Shown: piece after piece, positions 30,021 through 39,446 of the stretch | How the letters are laid out: each line of letters begins with the position of its first letter | How positions within the stretch are numbered: position 1 is the first letter of the stretch | Assembly (NCBI GenBank): GCA_044222185.1 | Contig: JBGANV010000001.1 | Location: 640,001-704,000, forward strand | Direction of reading: 5' to 3' | Length of the DNA stretch: 64,000 nucleotides | Origin: Planctomycetota bacterium | Lineage (GTDB): Bacteria > Planctomycetota > GCA-002687715 > CAIWVZ01 | Position numbers and translations under genes: made by a program | Notes under the pieces: generated by a model | Seen by the model: the letters and a program-made list of their open reading frames with translations, nothing else | Database searches by the model: none | Told to the model about the DNA's origin: nothing

Positions 30021-32489
30021 CTACCAGCTCACGATGAGCATGTAGTCATAGGCTCCCGTTGCGCCGACTCCTGGAATCTGGTCGACAGCGAGGAAATGTG
30101 GCACACCCAGCGTGAGGAAGAACGGTCCGTCTGGATCGATGAGAGGGTTCGTCGCGGAGCCTGGAATTCCTGCCATGCCGGCGAACGCGGCCGTTCCCGG
30201 TCCGCCGTTGTTCTGGACCGAGACCGCGGTCGTTGGTGACGTCATGGCGACGAGCCGCAGGATCACGTCTTGCCGCGGGTTCGTCGGCGCGCCGGTCCAC
30301 ATCTGGCTTTCCGGTTGAGTCACCGGGAAACACGTGGCCGGCGGAGTGCTGGAAAACTGCGAGGGCGCACAGCGCGTGAGGATCTGACCCGTCGTCCGAT
30401 CGAACTCGGCGAGGAACGCTCGGATGGGAGTTGCGGGCGGCAGCGAGGGGAGGAGCCACCGATCAACCTCCGACGCCGAGGCCTTCTGCCCGATCACGGC
30501 GTACGCCCCGGCCGACCTGGGAAACGCCCCAGACGCGACAGGTGCCGAGGTCTGCGCGGCCTCGGTGTAGATCTTGGATGACCACGGGGTCGCGAACACC
30601 CAGTTCTCGATCTGGTCCGGCGACACGAGAGCATTCGTGCAGCCGGTGGTCCCGATCACGAGCGGTCCGCCGATGGCCTGCGCGTGGACCGGATTGAGGT
30701 AGAAGAGAATTTCGTCGGGTCGGACGGCGAAGACGTCGACCGCGTGGCCGTTCACGCAGGCCGACGCCAGGGGAGCGGTGGCGTTGAAGCCGGACCCCAC
30801 GGCACTGAAGAGATGACCGTCGCGCGATCCGGCGGCGGACGAGACCGGGCCTTGGTTCGGGCAGATCGCGTTGCGTGGGAACGGGAACGGGTTGCCCGCG
30901 GCGAGCGGCGTCAGCGATGGCGTCCCGAGCGCGGTCACATCCTGCACGCCTATGTCGTTGCGCGCCGTCAGCCGCAATCCCGTCGGGCTGGTGGGATCCT
31001 GGCACACACCTTGGATCGAGCCGAGCCGCGCGGTCCCCTGTGGGGGGAGTACGTAGGGAAGGCTGACGGACCCGACAGCGGCGGGGTTCGGCGGGCCGAA
31101 CAACCCGAGGCCGTCGTAGAGCGGAATCAGCGGCTGGTTCAGATCGAGGTCGACCGACCCCACCCCTGGGATCGTCGTTCCGGCGGCTGGGACGCCGAGC
31201 AGGAGCAGCATCGGCAACCCCGGTCCTGCGGTCTGCACGGACGTCACGTTCGCGGATGTCACGCCCCAGTACTCGTGCGGTCCGTCTCCCTGTTGGAAGA
31301 CGCCGAGCTGCACCAACGACGCGGTGGGCGAATTGCGCTGCCCACCGATGGGAGCTGGCAATCGCCCGGGGATGACCCCGCAATCGGCATCCGCCCGCGT
31401 TCCAAACCAGGTTTCGACCTGGTCGTTCGACGTGTTCGTCTCGGAGACGGCGCCGGGTGCCGGGCTGATCGTGATGACGACTCGATCACCGGATCGGAGG
31501 TCCACCTGGTCCACGGGCGAGGACCCGGAGTAGTTGCAGCTGCATTCCTCGGTGGGTGTTTCGCCGTTGACGATCTTCATCGGCTCGCAAACGCCGGTGA
31601 GGTTGGCGATGACCGGACAGCTCCCCGTGCACACTGGCGGATTCCCCGTGCCCGTGCAGACGTATCCCGTGCCGGGATGAGTGATGGTCTGGGACGTCGT
31701 CCCCTGTCCATTCACCGTCGTGCTCACGACGAATGAGAGGTCGACGGGGACCACCTCGTTCGACCGGATCCCGTAGTGGAGCACGATGTCGTAGCGTCCG
31801 TCGCCGAGCGGCACGAAGCGCACGCGGTCGATCCAACGGTCGTGGACGACGGGTAGCGGGCCGAAGTCGAGCTTCATCTTCAGTCCCATGGCTCCGGACG
31901 CCGTGCTGACCGGAGCGTCGTAGCCGGGCGCGGTCGCTCGGAACGGCTCCGTGCTCGTCCGATGGCATGCGCCATCCCACGTCACCGATGCGCCCTGGTA
32001 GGTGACGAACCAGGCGACGTCATGAATGCCGTCCCAGCAGAACGAAGACCCCGGGATCGCCGCCAGGAATGGCGACCAGGCCCCTGCGGTCGCGTTCCAC
32101 GTGATCGGCCCGTCGATCGCGGAATCATGGATCACGCGGAGGTCGAGGAAACTCCCGACGCCGCCGCCCGTTGGGAACGTGAACGGCACCGGAAACGGGT
32201 TCGGGACGTGGCCGATTGCGACGCGGACCGTCGGACAGCTCCAGACTCCAGAACCGCAGGGCGCGAACGCGATGGATTGGAGGCACGGGTTCGACGAGTT
32301 CAGCGAAGCGGCTGGGACGCGCGCGACGTACGTGAAGCCGGAGGCTGCCGTCGTCTGGCTGAACGGGGCCGAGACGCACGGGCCGGCATTGGGGGCGTTG
32401 TCTGGCACGTAGACGGTGACTTGTGCCGGGTTGGACGAACTGAGGGCGCCCACCAGGACCGCGAGGCGAGCAAGACTGGGGCTCTTCAT
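30021..32489 (-). CDS. Large exported multidomain protein (beta-sandwich, CARDB-like domain with Cys-rich insert, internal tail-like domain, IPT-like domain)
   Basis: GGGAG RBS, signal peptide (NPA|Q); VSETNTSND; DGLGLFGPP...QDPTSPTGLRLT; GSGFN. Confidence 0.75.
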   Translation of the reverse strand: MKSPSLARLAVLVGALSSSNPAQVTVYVPDNAPNAGPCVSAPFSQTTAASGFTYVARVPAASLNSSNPCLQSIAFAPCGSGVWSCPTVRVAIGHVPNPFPVPFTFPTGGGVGSFLDLRVIHDSAIDGPITWNATAGAWSPFLAAIPGSSFCWDGIHDVAWFVTYQGASVTWDGACHRTSTEPFRATAPGYDAPVSTASGAMGLKMKLDFGPLPVVHDRWIDRVRFVPLGDGRYDIVLHYGIRSNEVVPVDLSFVVSTTVNGQGTTSQTITHPGTGYVCTGTGNPPVCTGSCPVIANLTGVCEPMKIVNGETPTEECSCNYSGSSPVDQVDLRSGDRVVITISPAPGAVSETNTSNDQVETWFGTRADADCGVIPGRLPAPIGGQRNSPTASLVQLGVFQQGDGPHEYWGVTSANVTSVQTAGPGLPMLLLLGVPAAGTTIPGVGSVDLDLNQPLIPLYDGLGLFGPPNPAAVGSVSLPYVLPPQGTARLGSIQGVCQDPTSPTGLRLTARNDIGVQDVTALGTPSLTPLAAGNPFPFPRNAICPNQGPVSSAAGSRDGHLFSAVGSGFNATAPLASACVNGHAVDVFAVRPDEILFYLNPVHAQAIGGPLVIGTTGCTNALVSPDQIENWVFATPWSSKIYTEAAQTSAPVASGAFPRSAGAYAVIGQKASASEVDRWLLPSLPPATPIRAFLAEFDRTTGQILTRCAPSQFSSTPPATCFPVTQPESQMWTGAPTNPRQDVILRLVAMTSPTTAVSVQNNGGPGTAAFAGMAGIPGSATNPLIDPDGPFFLTLGVPHFLAVDQIPGVGATGAYDYMLIVSW

Positions 32490-32590
32490 CGGCAGGGTCT
32501 CCCGTGCGGAGAATCAGTTTGGAACTCGGATCGTCATCACGCCGTGCCCAGACACGATAGAGACGTTCTCGATGGTCGGTGTGTGCTGAT

Positions 32591-32604
32591 CGAAATTAAT
32601 TTCG
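32591..32604. promoter_or_regulatory. Perfect 14-bp AT-rich palindrome CGAAATTAATTTCG
   Basis: Intergenic, ~100 bp upstream of the 32489 start; conspicuous in GC-rich DNA. Confidence 0.45.
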
Positions 32605-32620
32605 GCGAACGGTGCGCCCT

Positions 32621-35524
32621 TCACCGTCGATCGGGCGGAGTCCTGATGAGCCACGCGGGGCGCAGCCCCACGAACTCGGGACTCCAGCCAGGCTCCTTCA
32701 TGTGGTTGGACCGTGCGGCCGATGCGCCGGATTGTCCCTGGGAGTCGAACGCCCCTCCGCGGATCATCCGATGCGCGGTCTCGACGGTCGCGCGCAGGCC
32801 GTCGCCCTCGCGCGCCGGATCGTCGGCATACGAACCTTGGGCATCGCGACACCATTCGGCGACGTTCCCCACGACGTCGAACAGTCCGAAAGGGTTGGGG
32901 GCGAAGCTCCCGACCGGGGCGTGAATCGGAAAGCCGTCGTCCACCGGGAGGTAGGCATTCCCCAGCCCGAGGATCCGCATGCGGTTCGCAGCCCGTGCGA
33001 ACGACAGATCGGCGAGGTTCTCCTTCCCGACGAGTGTGGACAGGTCATCCCCCGTCCACCACGTGCTCACGGTGCCCGCTCGAGCGGCGTACTCCCATTG
33101 GACTTCGGTTGGGAGTGCCATTCCCAGTCGGCGCAACACCCGGTCGGCGTCGTACCAGCTCACCCGTTCGACGGGGTGCGTGAGGGTCGCCGTGAACCCT
33201 CGGGCGTTGCCCGGCGGGTAGAAACTCGGGTTGGCTCCCGTGGCGCGCAACCATTGACCCTGCGTCATCTCGAACTTCGAGATCAGGAACGGGTCGAGAC
33301 GAACCGAATGAACCGGCGCCGAGGCACGAGCGCCGGTCTTTCCTGCACCCGCGGCGCCGTCCGTCTGGGACCCGATGACCGCGTTGCCCCCAGGGATGAG
33401 CACCATCACGATCGCCGACTCGTCACCCATCTTGATGCGTCCATCGACTCCGCGAACCGGGACCGTCCCCGTCTGGAGTGCGGCGAACTCCTCCCGCTCG
33501 GTGTCGGGATCCGGCCCGAGGGGGACGAGGCCTTCGATCGGGGGAAGGACGTCGTCGGCTCCGTAGGTTCCCAGGATGCGAGCCCGCGCCGCATTCCATG
33601 CGAGAGCCGCATCACCGCCCAGCGATCTCTGGCGAACCTCGCGCGCATACGCGAGGCGGCGTTCGACGTTGCCGATCGTCGTCCCCGTTGGGTCGTCGGA
33701 GACGAACGCCCGCAGCCGCGTGACCAGACGGTCCAGGGTGTCGTGACGGAACGCCTGGCTCCCATCGCGATCGTCCCCGAACCGGAACCGGACGGCGGCG
33801 TCGCTTCGAAGCGCGATCCTCTGTCGTACAGCCTCCGCTCGCCGTGCTTCGAGGCGTTCGCGCTGGGGCTTCGTGAGCTCGGACGCCTCGAGCGCCGCCA
33901 GACGCCGATCGCAGTCTCGTTCGATCCGACCCAGAAGCTCGCCGCGTTCGGCGACGGCGGTATCGGCGGCGCGGTCGCTGAGCGAGACCGGGACCGCATC
34001 GTGCCGAAGGTCGTCCAGCGAACGCTCGAGTTCCGGCAGAGCCGAAACGAGATCCTGCGCCCTCGAAAGCCATGCCTCGAGCGCCGGGATCGTCTCGGAC
34101 GTCACAGGCCACAGTTCGTCATTCGCCTCTCGCAGGAGCTCATCGAGCTGGCCCACTCGGCCCAGCCGGTTGTAGCCCGCCAGGTTGTCGCGTGCGCGTG
34201 CGTTCAGGATCAACGTCGTCACGAGTCCTGCGCTCAACACGCAAGCGAGGACCGCCAGCGCGATGGCAAGCGCCGGATTTCGCTGTGACCATCGGCGCAA
34301 CTTCAGCCACGGTCCGGCGGGACGAACGCTGACGGGTTGAGTCTGGCGCACGCGCCGCAGGTCTTCCGCCAGAGCGAGCGCGGTCTGGTACCGGTGATCG
34401 CAGTCTTTCGTGAGCGCCGTCATCACGACGGCCGCCAGGTCTCTCCCCACCAGGGGATTCCTCCGTCGCGGATCGTCGGGCTCGGTCTCGAGGATGCGGC
34501 GATAGAGCGCGTCGCGCGTGGGGCCATCGAATGGGCGCTTGTGCGTGAGTGCCTCGTACAGCGTCACGCCCAGCGACCAGATGTCGGTCCGCCGGTCGAG
34601 CCCGGAGGTCGGCGCCGTGAACTGCTCCGGTGACATGTAGGCCGGGGTCCCGAACAACTCGCCGGTCTGCGTCAGCGTTGCCAGGTCGGAATGATCGGCA
34701 CGCGCCAGGCCGAAGTCGAGGATGACCGGATCCCCCTCCGGAGTGATCATGATGTTTCCGGGCTTGATGTCCCGATGGATCACGCCCGCTTCATGGGCTT
34801 CGTGAAGCGCACGTGCGCAGGTCTCGATCAGCGCGAGGATCCGGTCGATCTGGGCGCGCGACGTCGGCGACGCGACCGGATCCGGTCCGAGCTCGCGCGT
34901 CGGCGTGCGCTCCGCGCCGTCCAACTCCACCGCGAACGAGGACGCCGTGGTCGATCCTCCGTCGGGCTTCGTCCGAGAGCGGGCGATTTCGTCCGAAAGG
35001 CTTCGACCCTCGACGTAGCGCATGGCGATGTATGACGCCGTGCCATCGACGCCGACGTCGTAGACGGTGCAGATCGCCGGGTGGTTCAACCGCGACGCGG
35101 CCTCGGCCTCGCGGCGGAAACGAAGCAGGGCCTCTCGCGTTGCCAGCCCAGAATCGCGGAGAACCTTCAAGGCGACGTTTCGGTTCAGGCGCGAGTCGCG
35201 CGCCAGGTAGACGATGCCCTGGCCGCCGCGGCCCAACTCCCTCTCGATCCGGTAGTGGCCGACGGTCTCTCCATCCGCGACGCCGGGCGAGGTTCGGCCT
35301 CGGTACACCGCATGAAGCGCGGCGACGTGCCCGCATTCGAGCTCGAGGTACCGCTGCACGATGGTGTCCTTGTCATCGGGCCAGCAGCGCAAGTACTCCG
35401 AGAGTGAGCCCGCCGCGCCTGCGGCGCGGTCGGCGACGTACCGTGCCTCGAAGGCCTTCGCCGGACTCTGCGATGGCCCGGCGGAGGCGCAATCGCCCGG
35501 TTGGCTCGGCCGATCATCCTCCAT
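32621..35524 (-). CDS. Membrane Ser/Thr protein kinase with C-terminal FGE-sulfatase (SUMF1-like) domain
   Basis: GRGGQGIVY, VALKV, HRDIKPGN, DFG, GTPAYMSPE; one TM; SKFEMTQGQW, PVERVSW, LPTEVQWEYAARAG, PNPFGLFDVVGNVAEWC. Confidence 0.95.
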   Translation of the reverse strand: MEDDRPSQPGDCASAGPSQSPAKAFEARYVADRAAGAAGSLSEYLRCWPDDKDTIVQRYLELECGHVAALHAVYRGRTSPGVADGETVGHYRIERELGRGGQGIVYLARDSRLNRNVALKVLRDSGLATREALLRFRREAEAASRLNHPAICTVYDVGVDGTASYIAMRYVEGRSLSDEIARSRTKPDGGSTTASSFAVELDGAERTPTRELGPDPVASPTSRAQIDRILALIETCARALHEAHEAGVIHRDIKPGNIMITPEGDPVILDFGLARADHSDLATLTQTGELFGTPAYMSPEQFTAPTSGLDRRTDIWSLGVTLYEALTHKRPFDGPTRDALYRRILETEPDDPRRRNPLVGRDLAAVVMTALTKDCDHRYQTALALAEDLRRVRQTQPVSVRPAGPWLKLRRWSQRNPALAIALAVLACVLSAGLVTTLILNARARDNLAGYNRLGRVGQLDELLREANDELWPVTSETIPALEAWLSRAQDLVSALPELERSLDDLRHDAVPVSLSDRAADTAVAERGELLGRIERDCDRRLAALEASELTKPQRERLEARRAEAVRQRIALRSDAAVRFRFGDDRDGSQAFRHDTLDRLVTRLRAFVSDDPTGTTIGNVERRLAYAREVRQRSLGGDAALAWNAARARILGTYGADDVLPPIEGLVPLGPDPDTEREEFAALQTGTVPVRGVDGRIKMGDESAIVMVLIPGGNAVIGSQTDGAAGAGKTGARASAPVHSVRLDPFLISKFEMTQGQWLRATGANPSFYPPGNARGFTATLTHPVERVSWYDADRVLRRLGMALPTEVQWEYAARAGTVSTWWTGDDLSTLVGKENLADLSFARAANRMRILGLGNAYLPVDDGFPIHAPVGSFAPNPFGLFDVVGNVAEWCRDAQGSYADDPAREGDGLRATVETAHRMIRGGAFDSQGQSGASAARSNHMKEPGWSPEFVGLRPAWLIRTPPDRR

Positions 35525-35581
35525 GCGGGCATGGTACAGCAAGCCGCGCTGCCGCGGGGGCGAGCCCTCGCGAGGTGGAAG

Positions 35582-36772
35582 TCAGTTCCCCACCTCGATC
35601 TGGTTTGCGTCGGAGAGCTCGAGCGCTCCCGTCACCGGGTGTGTGATCGCCCATTGCAGGTACGCACGAACGCCGAACGGAAGCGGACCCGTCGTCGTCG
35701 AAGCGGTGCCGCCGACGACGGGGACCGGGAGCGGCGGGAACGGGAAGAGAGCCGGATCGACCCATAGACGCTCGCCACACGGTGGAATGACGAGCCCTCC
35801 ACCTGCGAGGAAGCCGAGCGAAACGGCGAGGTGTGCATTCGGCACTCCGCCCGGGACGTTGCAGACCTTGAACGTCGCGGCCGAGCCGGCCCGAACGTAG
35901 CTGCTGCGTGCAGGAAGCGGCGTGGCCGAGCAACTTGCCGGGCTCGCGAGGCGAATCGGCACCGCAGTGTAGGTCAACCCGACCGACGCCATGGGCGCCG
36001 GGCCACCGGGAACGACGAAGCCCGTCGCGGCCTGGATCACCTGGCCCGACGTCCACGAGACGTAGGTGGCAGGCGGGACGCCCGCGCACGGGTGAGCCAC
36101 GCACCGATCGATCGCGACGCCGGTCGCGAGTGCCCCGGCTGCAAGGACTCCCGGATGCGGCCACGGGACGTACGAGAGGTTGATCAATGCGGCGCCGCCA
36201 AAGCCGAATGCGCCGACGCCACCGAGGCTGTCGACGGCGACGATCACTCCCGTGCAGGAGTCATAGTCCAGACCCGTCACGAGGTTGAGCACGGGAATCG
36301 CCCACGGCCCTCCGGTCATCGCCATGCCTGCGGCGGGATCGTGGGCCGTCAACACGTTGCCGTCGGTGAGGTAGAGCGTGAGCGACGCCGGGTCCATGGT
36401 CATGCCCGTGACCGGATTCGCGGGGCCATAGCCGGCCGGGAGCGGAAGCGGCGGCAACGTCGCCGGCGCTCCCGGGCAATCGGTCTTCGGGTGGAATCGG
36501 CGGATGATGTCCGTCACTCCGTCCGTCGCGAGGATGAGTCCACCAGGGTGGTTGGCCGTGACTGCGCCGGCCGGGAAGCCGGCGGCGACCCGGGGCGGCA
36601 TCGGATACGGCGGTTCGGGGCACACGCCATCGCCGGTGAGTGCGACGGGAGTGTCGATGACGCATCGGTCCTGGTAGAGACCGCCCGGTGCGTAGGTTCC
36701 CAGCATCTGAGCGAGCAACGGGCCGGACGAGAGAACGAGGATTGCAGCCAGGCGATGGCGCTTGCGGATCAT
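35582..36772 (-). CDS. Exported hypothetical protein (propeller-like repeats) with C-terminal tail domain
   Basis: AAAGGAG RBS; signal peptide (LLA|Q); VTGMTMD/VTGLDYD/ATGVAID repeats; ends YLQW...GALELSDANQIEVGN. Confidence 0.75.
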   Translation of the reverse strand: MIRKRHRLAAILVLSSGPLLAQMLGTYAPGGLYQDRCVIDTPVALTGDGVCPEPPYPMPPRVAAGFPAGAVTANHPGGLILATDGVTDIIRRFHPKTDCPGAPATLPPLPLPAGYGPANPVTGMTMDPASLTLYLTDGNVLTAHDPAAGMAMTGGPWAIPVLNLVTGLDYDSCTGVIVAVDSLGGVGAFGFGGAALINLSYVPWPHPGVLAAGALATGVAIDRCVAHPCAGVPPATYVSWTSGQVIQAATGFVVPGGPAPMASVGLTYTAVPIRLASPASCSATPLPARSSYVRAGSAATFKVCNVPGGVPNAHLAVSLGFLAGGGLVIPPCGERLWVDPALFPFPPLPVPVVGGTASTTTGPLPFGVRAYLQWAITHPVTGALELSDANQIEVGN

Positions 36773-36852
36773 GACGGGCTCCTTTCGGTGTGGCCGCCGC
36801 CGGTGCGAGCGACCGAGTGAACGTCGGGGGATAGCGTTGGACTGATCCACCG

Positions 36853-36878
36853 GTGTGAGGAGGGCCCCGAAAGTGACG
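36853..36878 (-). promoter_or_regulatory. Candidate ECF promoter, leftward (CGTCAC-N15-CACAC)
   Basis: Minus strand reads CGTCAC tttcggggccctcct CACAC; mirror of 36912-36937. Confidence 0.55.
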
Positions 36879-36911
36879 CCCTGCGGTGAATGCGCCGATC
36901 GGAGGGATACC

Positions 36912-36937
36912 CGTCACGAATCGGCGCGCGTCCACAC
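36912..36937 (+). promoter_or_regulatory. Candidate ECF promoter, rightward (CGTCAC-N15-CACAC)
   Basis: CGTCAC gaatcggcgcgcgtc CACAC, 37 bp upstream of ATG 36975. Confidence 0.55.
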
Positions 36938-36974
36938 TGCGGAAGTGAGGCTTCTCAACTCAAGGAGACGTGTC

Positions 36975-39446
36975 ATGGAACGACGAAACAGGATCCGCAC
37001 CGGGATGTGGCGGGGTTCGAAGCTGGCCCTCCCACGCCTTTTGTCCGCAGTTCTGATCTCGCTCGGCTCGCTGTGCCTGGCGCAGAATCCTTCCGGGCCT
37101 ACCTGGGTATCGCTCGACGGTTCGGCGCCCGGGACGCCACCCGACGTCGTCCAGGACATCCAGGCGTCGAACCTCCAGGCGACCGTGTTCCAGGTCGACA
37201 TCCATGGGTTCTATCGCGAGGACGTCGTGGCGGCGGGGCAGACCTTCCAACGAATCACCGTGCCGCGCATGGGCGGAATCAACGCCGTTGGGAAGCCTGA
37301 AGTCCCCGCACTTCCGGTCCTCGTTGGAATCCCATCGAGCGCGGCAGCCGTCGCCGTGTCGACGACCCAGGTTCTCGCATCCCAGACGATCCAGGGCGTC
37401 CGGGTTCATCCCGCCCAGATCCATCAGGCGGACTCGCCGCAGCTACCTCCCGCACCTCCATTTCAGCTGGACGCAACGGCGTACGGAAACTCCGCGCTCT
37501 ACCCGTCGGTGCTCGCGAAGACCGGCGCGGCGCCGGGGACGTGGAAGGGGGTTCGGGTCCATCAGTGCTACGTCCAACCGTTCCAGGTCAATGCTGCCAC
37601 GAACACTCTGATCGTCCGACGATCGCTTCGCGTCACGTTCTCCCACCAAGGGACCCAGATCACACCGCGCACGATCACTCGTCGCAGCTACCGCATGCTT
37701 GCGTCCGCAATTTCGAACTTCGCGGCGCTCGCGGGACTCGGCTTCGTTCAGCCAAACGACTTCACCTACGACGGCTACTACCTCATCATCACGGATGCGC
37801 TGTTCTTGGAGGAGGTCGCTCCGCTCGCCGACCAGAAGCGTGAGCTGGGCTTCAAGGTCACGGTCCTGACGACCGCCGACATCGGTGGGTCGTCGGAGAC
37901 GTACCTCCGCGCTGCCGTCTCGAACTGGTTCAACACGGGAACGCCTGGGTGGTTTCACGACTCCTACGTCCTCCTCGTCGGTGACACCGATCGCGTGGGA
38001 ATCTGCCTCGACCCGGAGTACGGACTGGCTTCCGACTACTACCTCGGGTCGATCGACGGCGACATCTACGCCGAGGTCGGCGTGGGGCGGCTCTCCGTCG
38101 ACAGTGAGGCCGATTGCTCGGCCCAGATCGCGAAGATCCTGGAGTACCAGGACGCTCCGACGGCGCTTCCCAACTACTACGACAACGTGCTGCTCGCCGC
38201 CTCGACGGACGACTCGGGCGACGCCCGCTTCTTCGAGTCGTGCGAGGAGATCGCGAGCAACCCCTGGTACATGTACAACCTCGCCTTCGCGAAGCGATAC
38301 GGCGATTGGACCAGTGGAACCGTCGCAAATGCCCTCGACGACATCGACGCCGGCCAGAGCGTCGTCGTCTATGAGGGGCACGGTAGCTACTGGAGGTGGG
38401 CGAGCTGGGACGCGAACGATGACGACCTCACGGCGACCGATGTCGCCGGACTCGCCAACGCTCACGTGATGCCCGTCGTGCTCGCGCTCTGCTGCCAGAA
38501 CAGCAACACGGACAGCGTCGACGACTGCATCGGCGAGGAGTGGATGGAGAAGACGCCCGGCGGCGCGGTTGCCCACGTTGGCGCGACGCGGAACGCCTGG
38601 ATATGCCACTACACGCTGTTCGGGCCGTCGTTCTTCCGCCAGCTCTATGGCGACGCGACCCCGACCATGACGGAACTGCTTCAGGCCGCGCAGTTCGATG
38701 CCTATGGCCTCAACAGTGCGGAGAACGATGAGCACTCTCGAAAGACGATCTGGCAATTCCAACTGCTGGGTGATCCCGCCATGAAGATCTGGCAGAAGAC
38801 GCCCGAGAATGCGACCTTCGACTACGTGCACATCGCGGCAGGTTCCGCCGGGGCGGGAATCCTGGAGGGCGTCGTTCGGGATCGCTTCGGCCTTCCGATC
38901 GGAGGAGCGATCGTCTCCGTCCACAAGCCCGGTGAGATCGAGATCAATCGCTACACCGGCGCGGACGGTGCGTTCCAGATCCCCCTGCCTCCTCACACGG
39001 CTGGAACGGCGACGCTCCGCATCTCGACGGACTTCGACGCGGTCAAGAACGTCCGCCTCGTGGTCACGCTCCCGTCGTGCGTCGGATGCGCCGTGACGCC
39101 GTCGGTCGCGCTCAGTCAGCCTGGTGGTCCTGGAACGGGCTTGACCGTCACCAACTCGAACCTCGTGCCGGGACGCGAGTATTACAACCTGTTCAGCCCG
39201 AATCCGTGCGCTGGTGGCGCCGGCACGGGCCCATGGCTCGGGCTCTGCGTCGACGACTTCGACACGCTCCTCGCACAGTTCTTGATGCCCGTGGGCATTC
39301 TCCCGTTCCATTCCACCGCGACCTCCGCCACGACGGTGATGGGACCGTTCGCGCTCCCGCCGATGACCCTGGACGTCGTTTGCTTCGAGTTCACTGGGGG
39401 AACGCTCGGCGGCATCTCGCCCGTGGTGCGCAAGGTCGTCCAATGA
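36975..39446 (+). CDS. Gingipain-like C25 family cysteine peptidase with propeptide, Ig-like domain and C-terminal tail domain
   Basis: AAGGAG RBS; signal peptide (CLA|Q); propeptide GKPEVP; YLIIT, YVLLVGD, SDYY, VGRL, YEGHG (His), LCCQN (Cys), GGAVA, LLGDP. Confidence 0.9.
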   Translation: MERRNRIRTGMWRGSKLALPRLLSAVLISLGSLCLAQNPSGPTWVSLDGSAPGTPPDVVQDIQASNLQATVFQVDIHGFYREDVVAAGQTFQRITVPRMGGINAVGKPEVPALPVLVGIPSSAAAVAVSTTQVLASQTIQGVRVHPAQIHQADSPQLPPAPPFQLDATAYGNSALYPSVLAKTGAAPGTWKGVRVHQCYVQPFQVNAATNTLIVRRSLRVTFSHQGTQITPRTITRRSYRMLASAISNFAALAGLGFVQPNDFTYDGYYLIITDALFLEEVAPLADQKRELGFKVTVLTTADIGGSSETYLRAAVSNWFNTGTPGWFHDSYVLLVGDTDRVGICLDPEYGLASDYYLGSIDGDIYAEVGVGRLSVDSEADCSAQIAKILEYQDAPTALPNYYDNVLLAASTDDSGDARFFESCEEIASNPWYMYNLAFAKRYGDWTSGTVANALDDIDAGQSVVVYEGHGSYWRWASWDANDDDLTATDVAGLANAHVMPVVLALCCQNSNTDSVDDCIGEEWMEKTPGGAVAHVGATRNAWICHYTLFGPSFFRQLYGDATPTMTELLQAAQFDAYGLNSAENDEHSRKTIWQFQLLGDPAMKIWQKTPENATFDYVHIAAGSAGAGILEGVVRDRFGLPIGGAIVSVHKPGEIEINRYTGADGAFQIPLPPHTAGTATLRISTDFDAVKNVRLVVTLPSCVGCAVTPSVALSQPGGPGTGLTVTNSNLVPGREYYNLFSPNPCAGGAGTGPWLGLCVDDFDTLLAQFLMPVGILPFHSTATSATTVMGPFALPPMTLDVVCFEFTGGTLGGISPVVRKVVQ

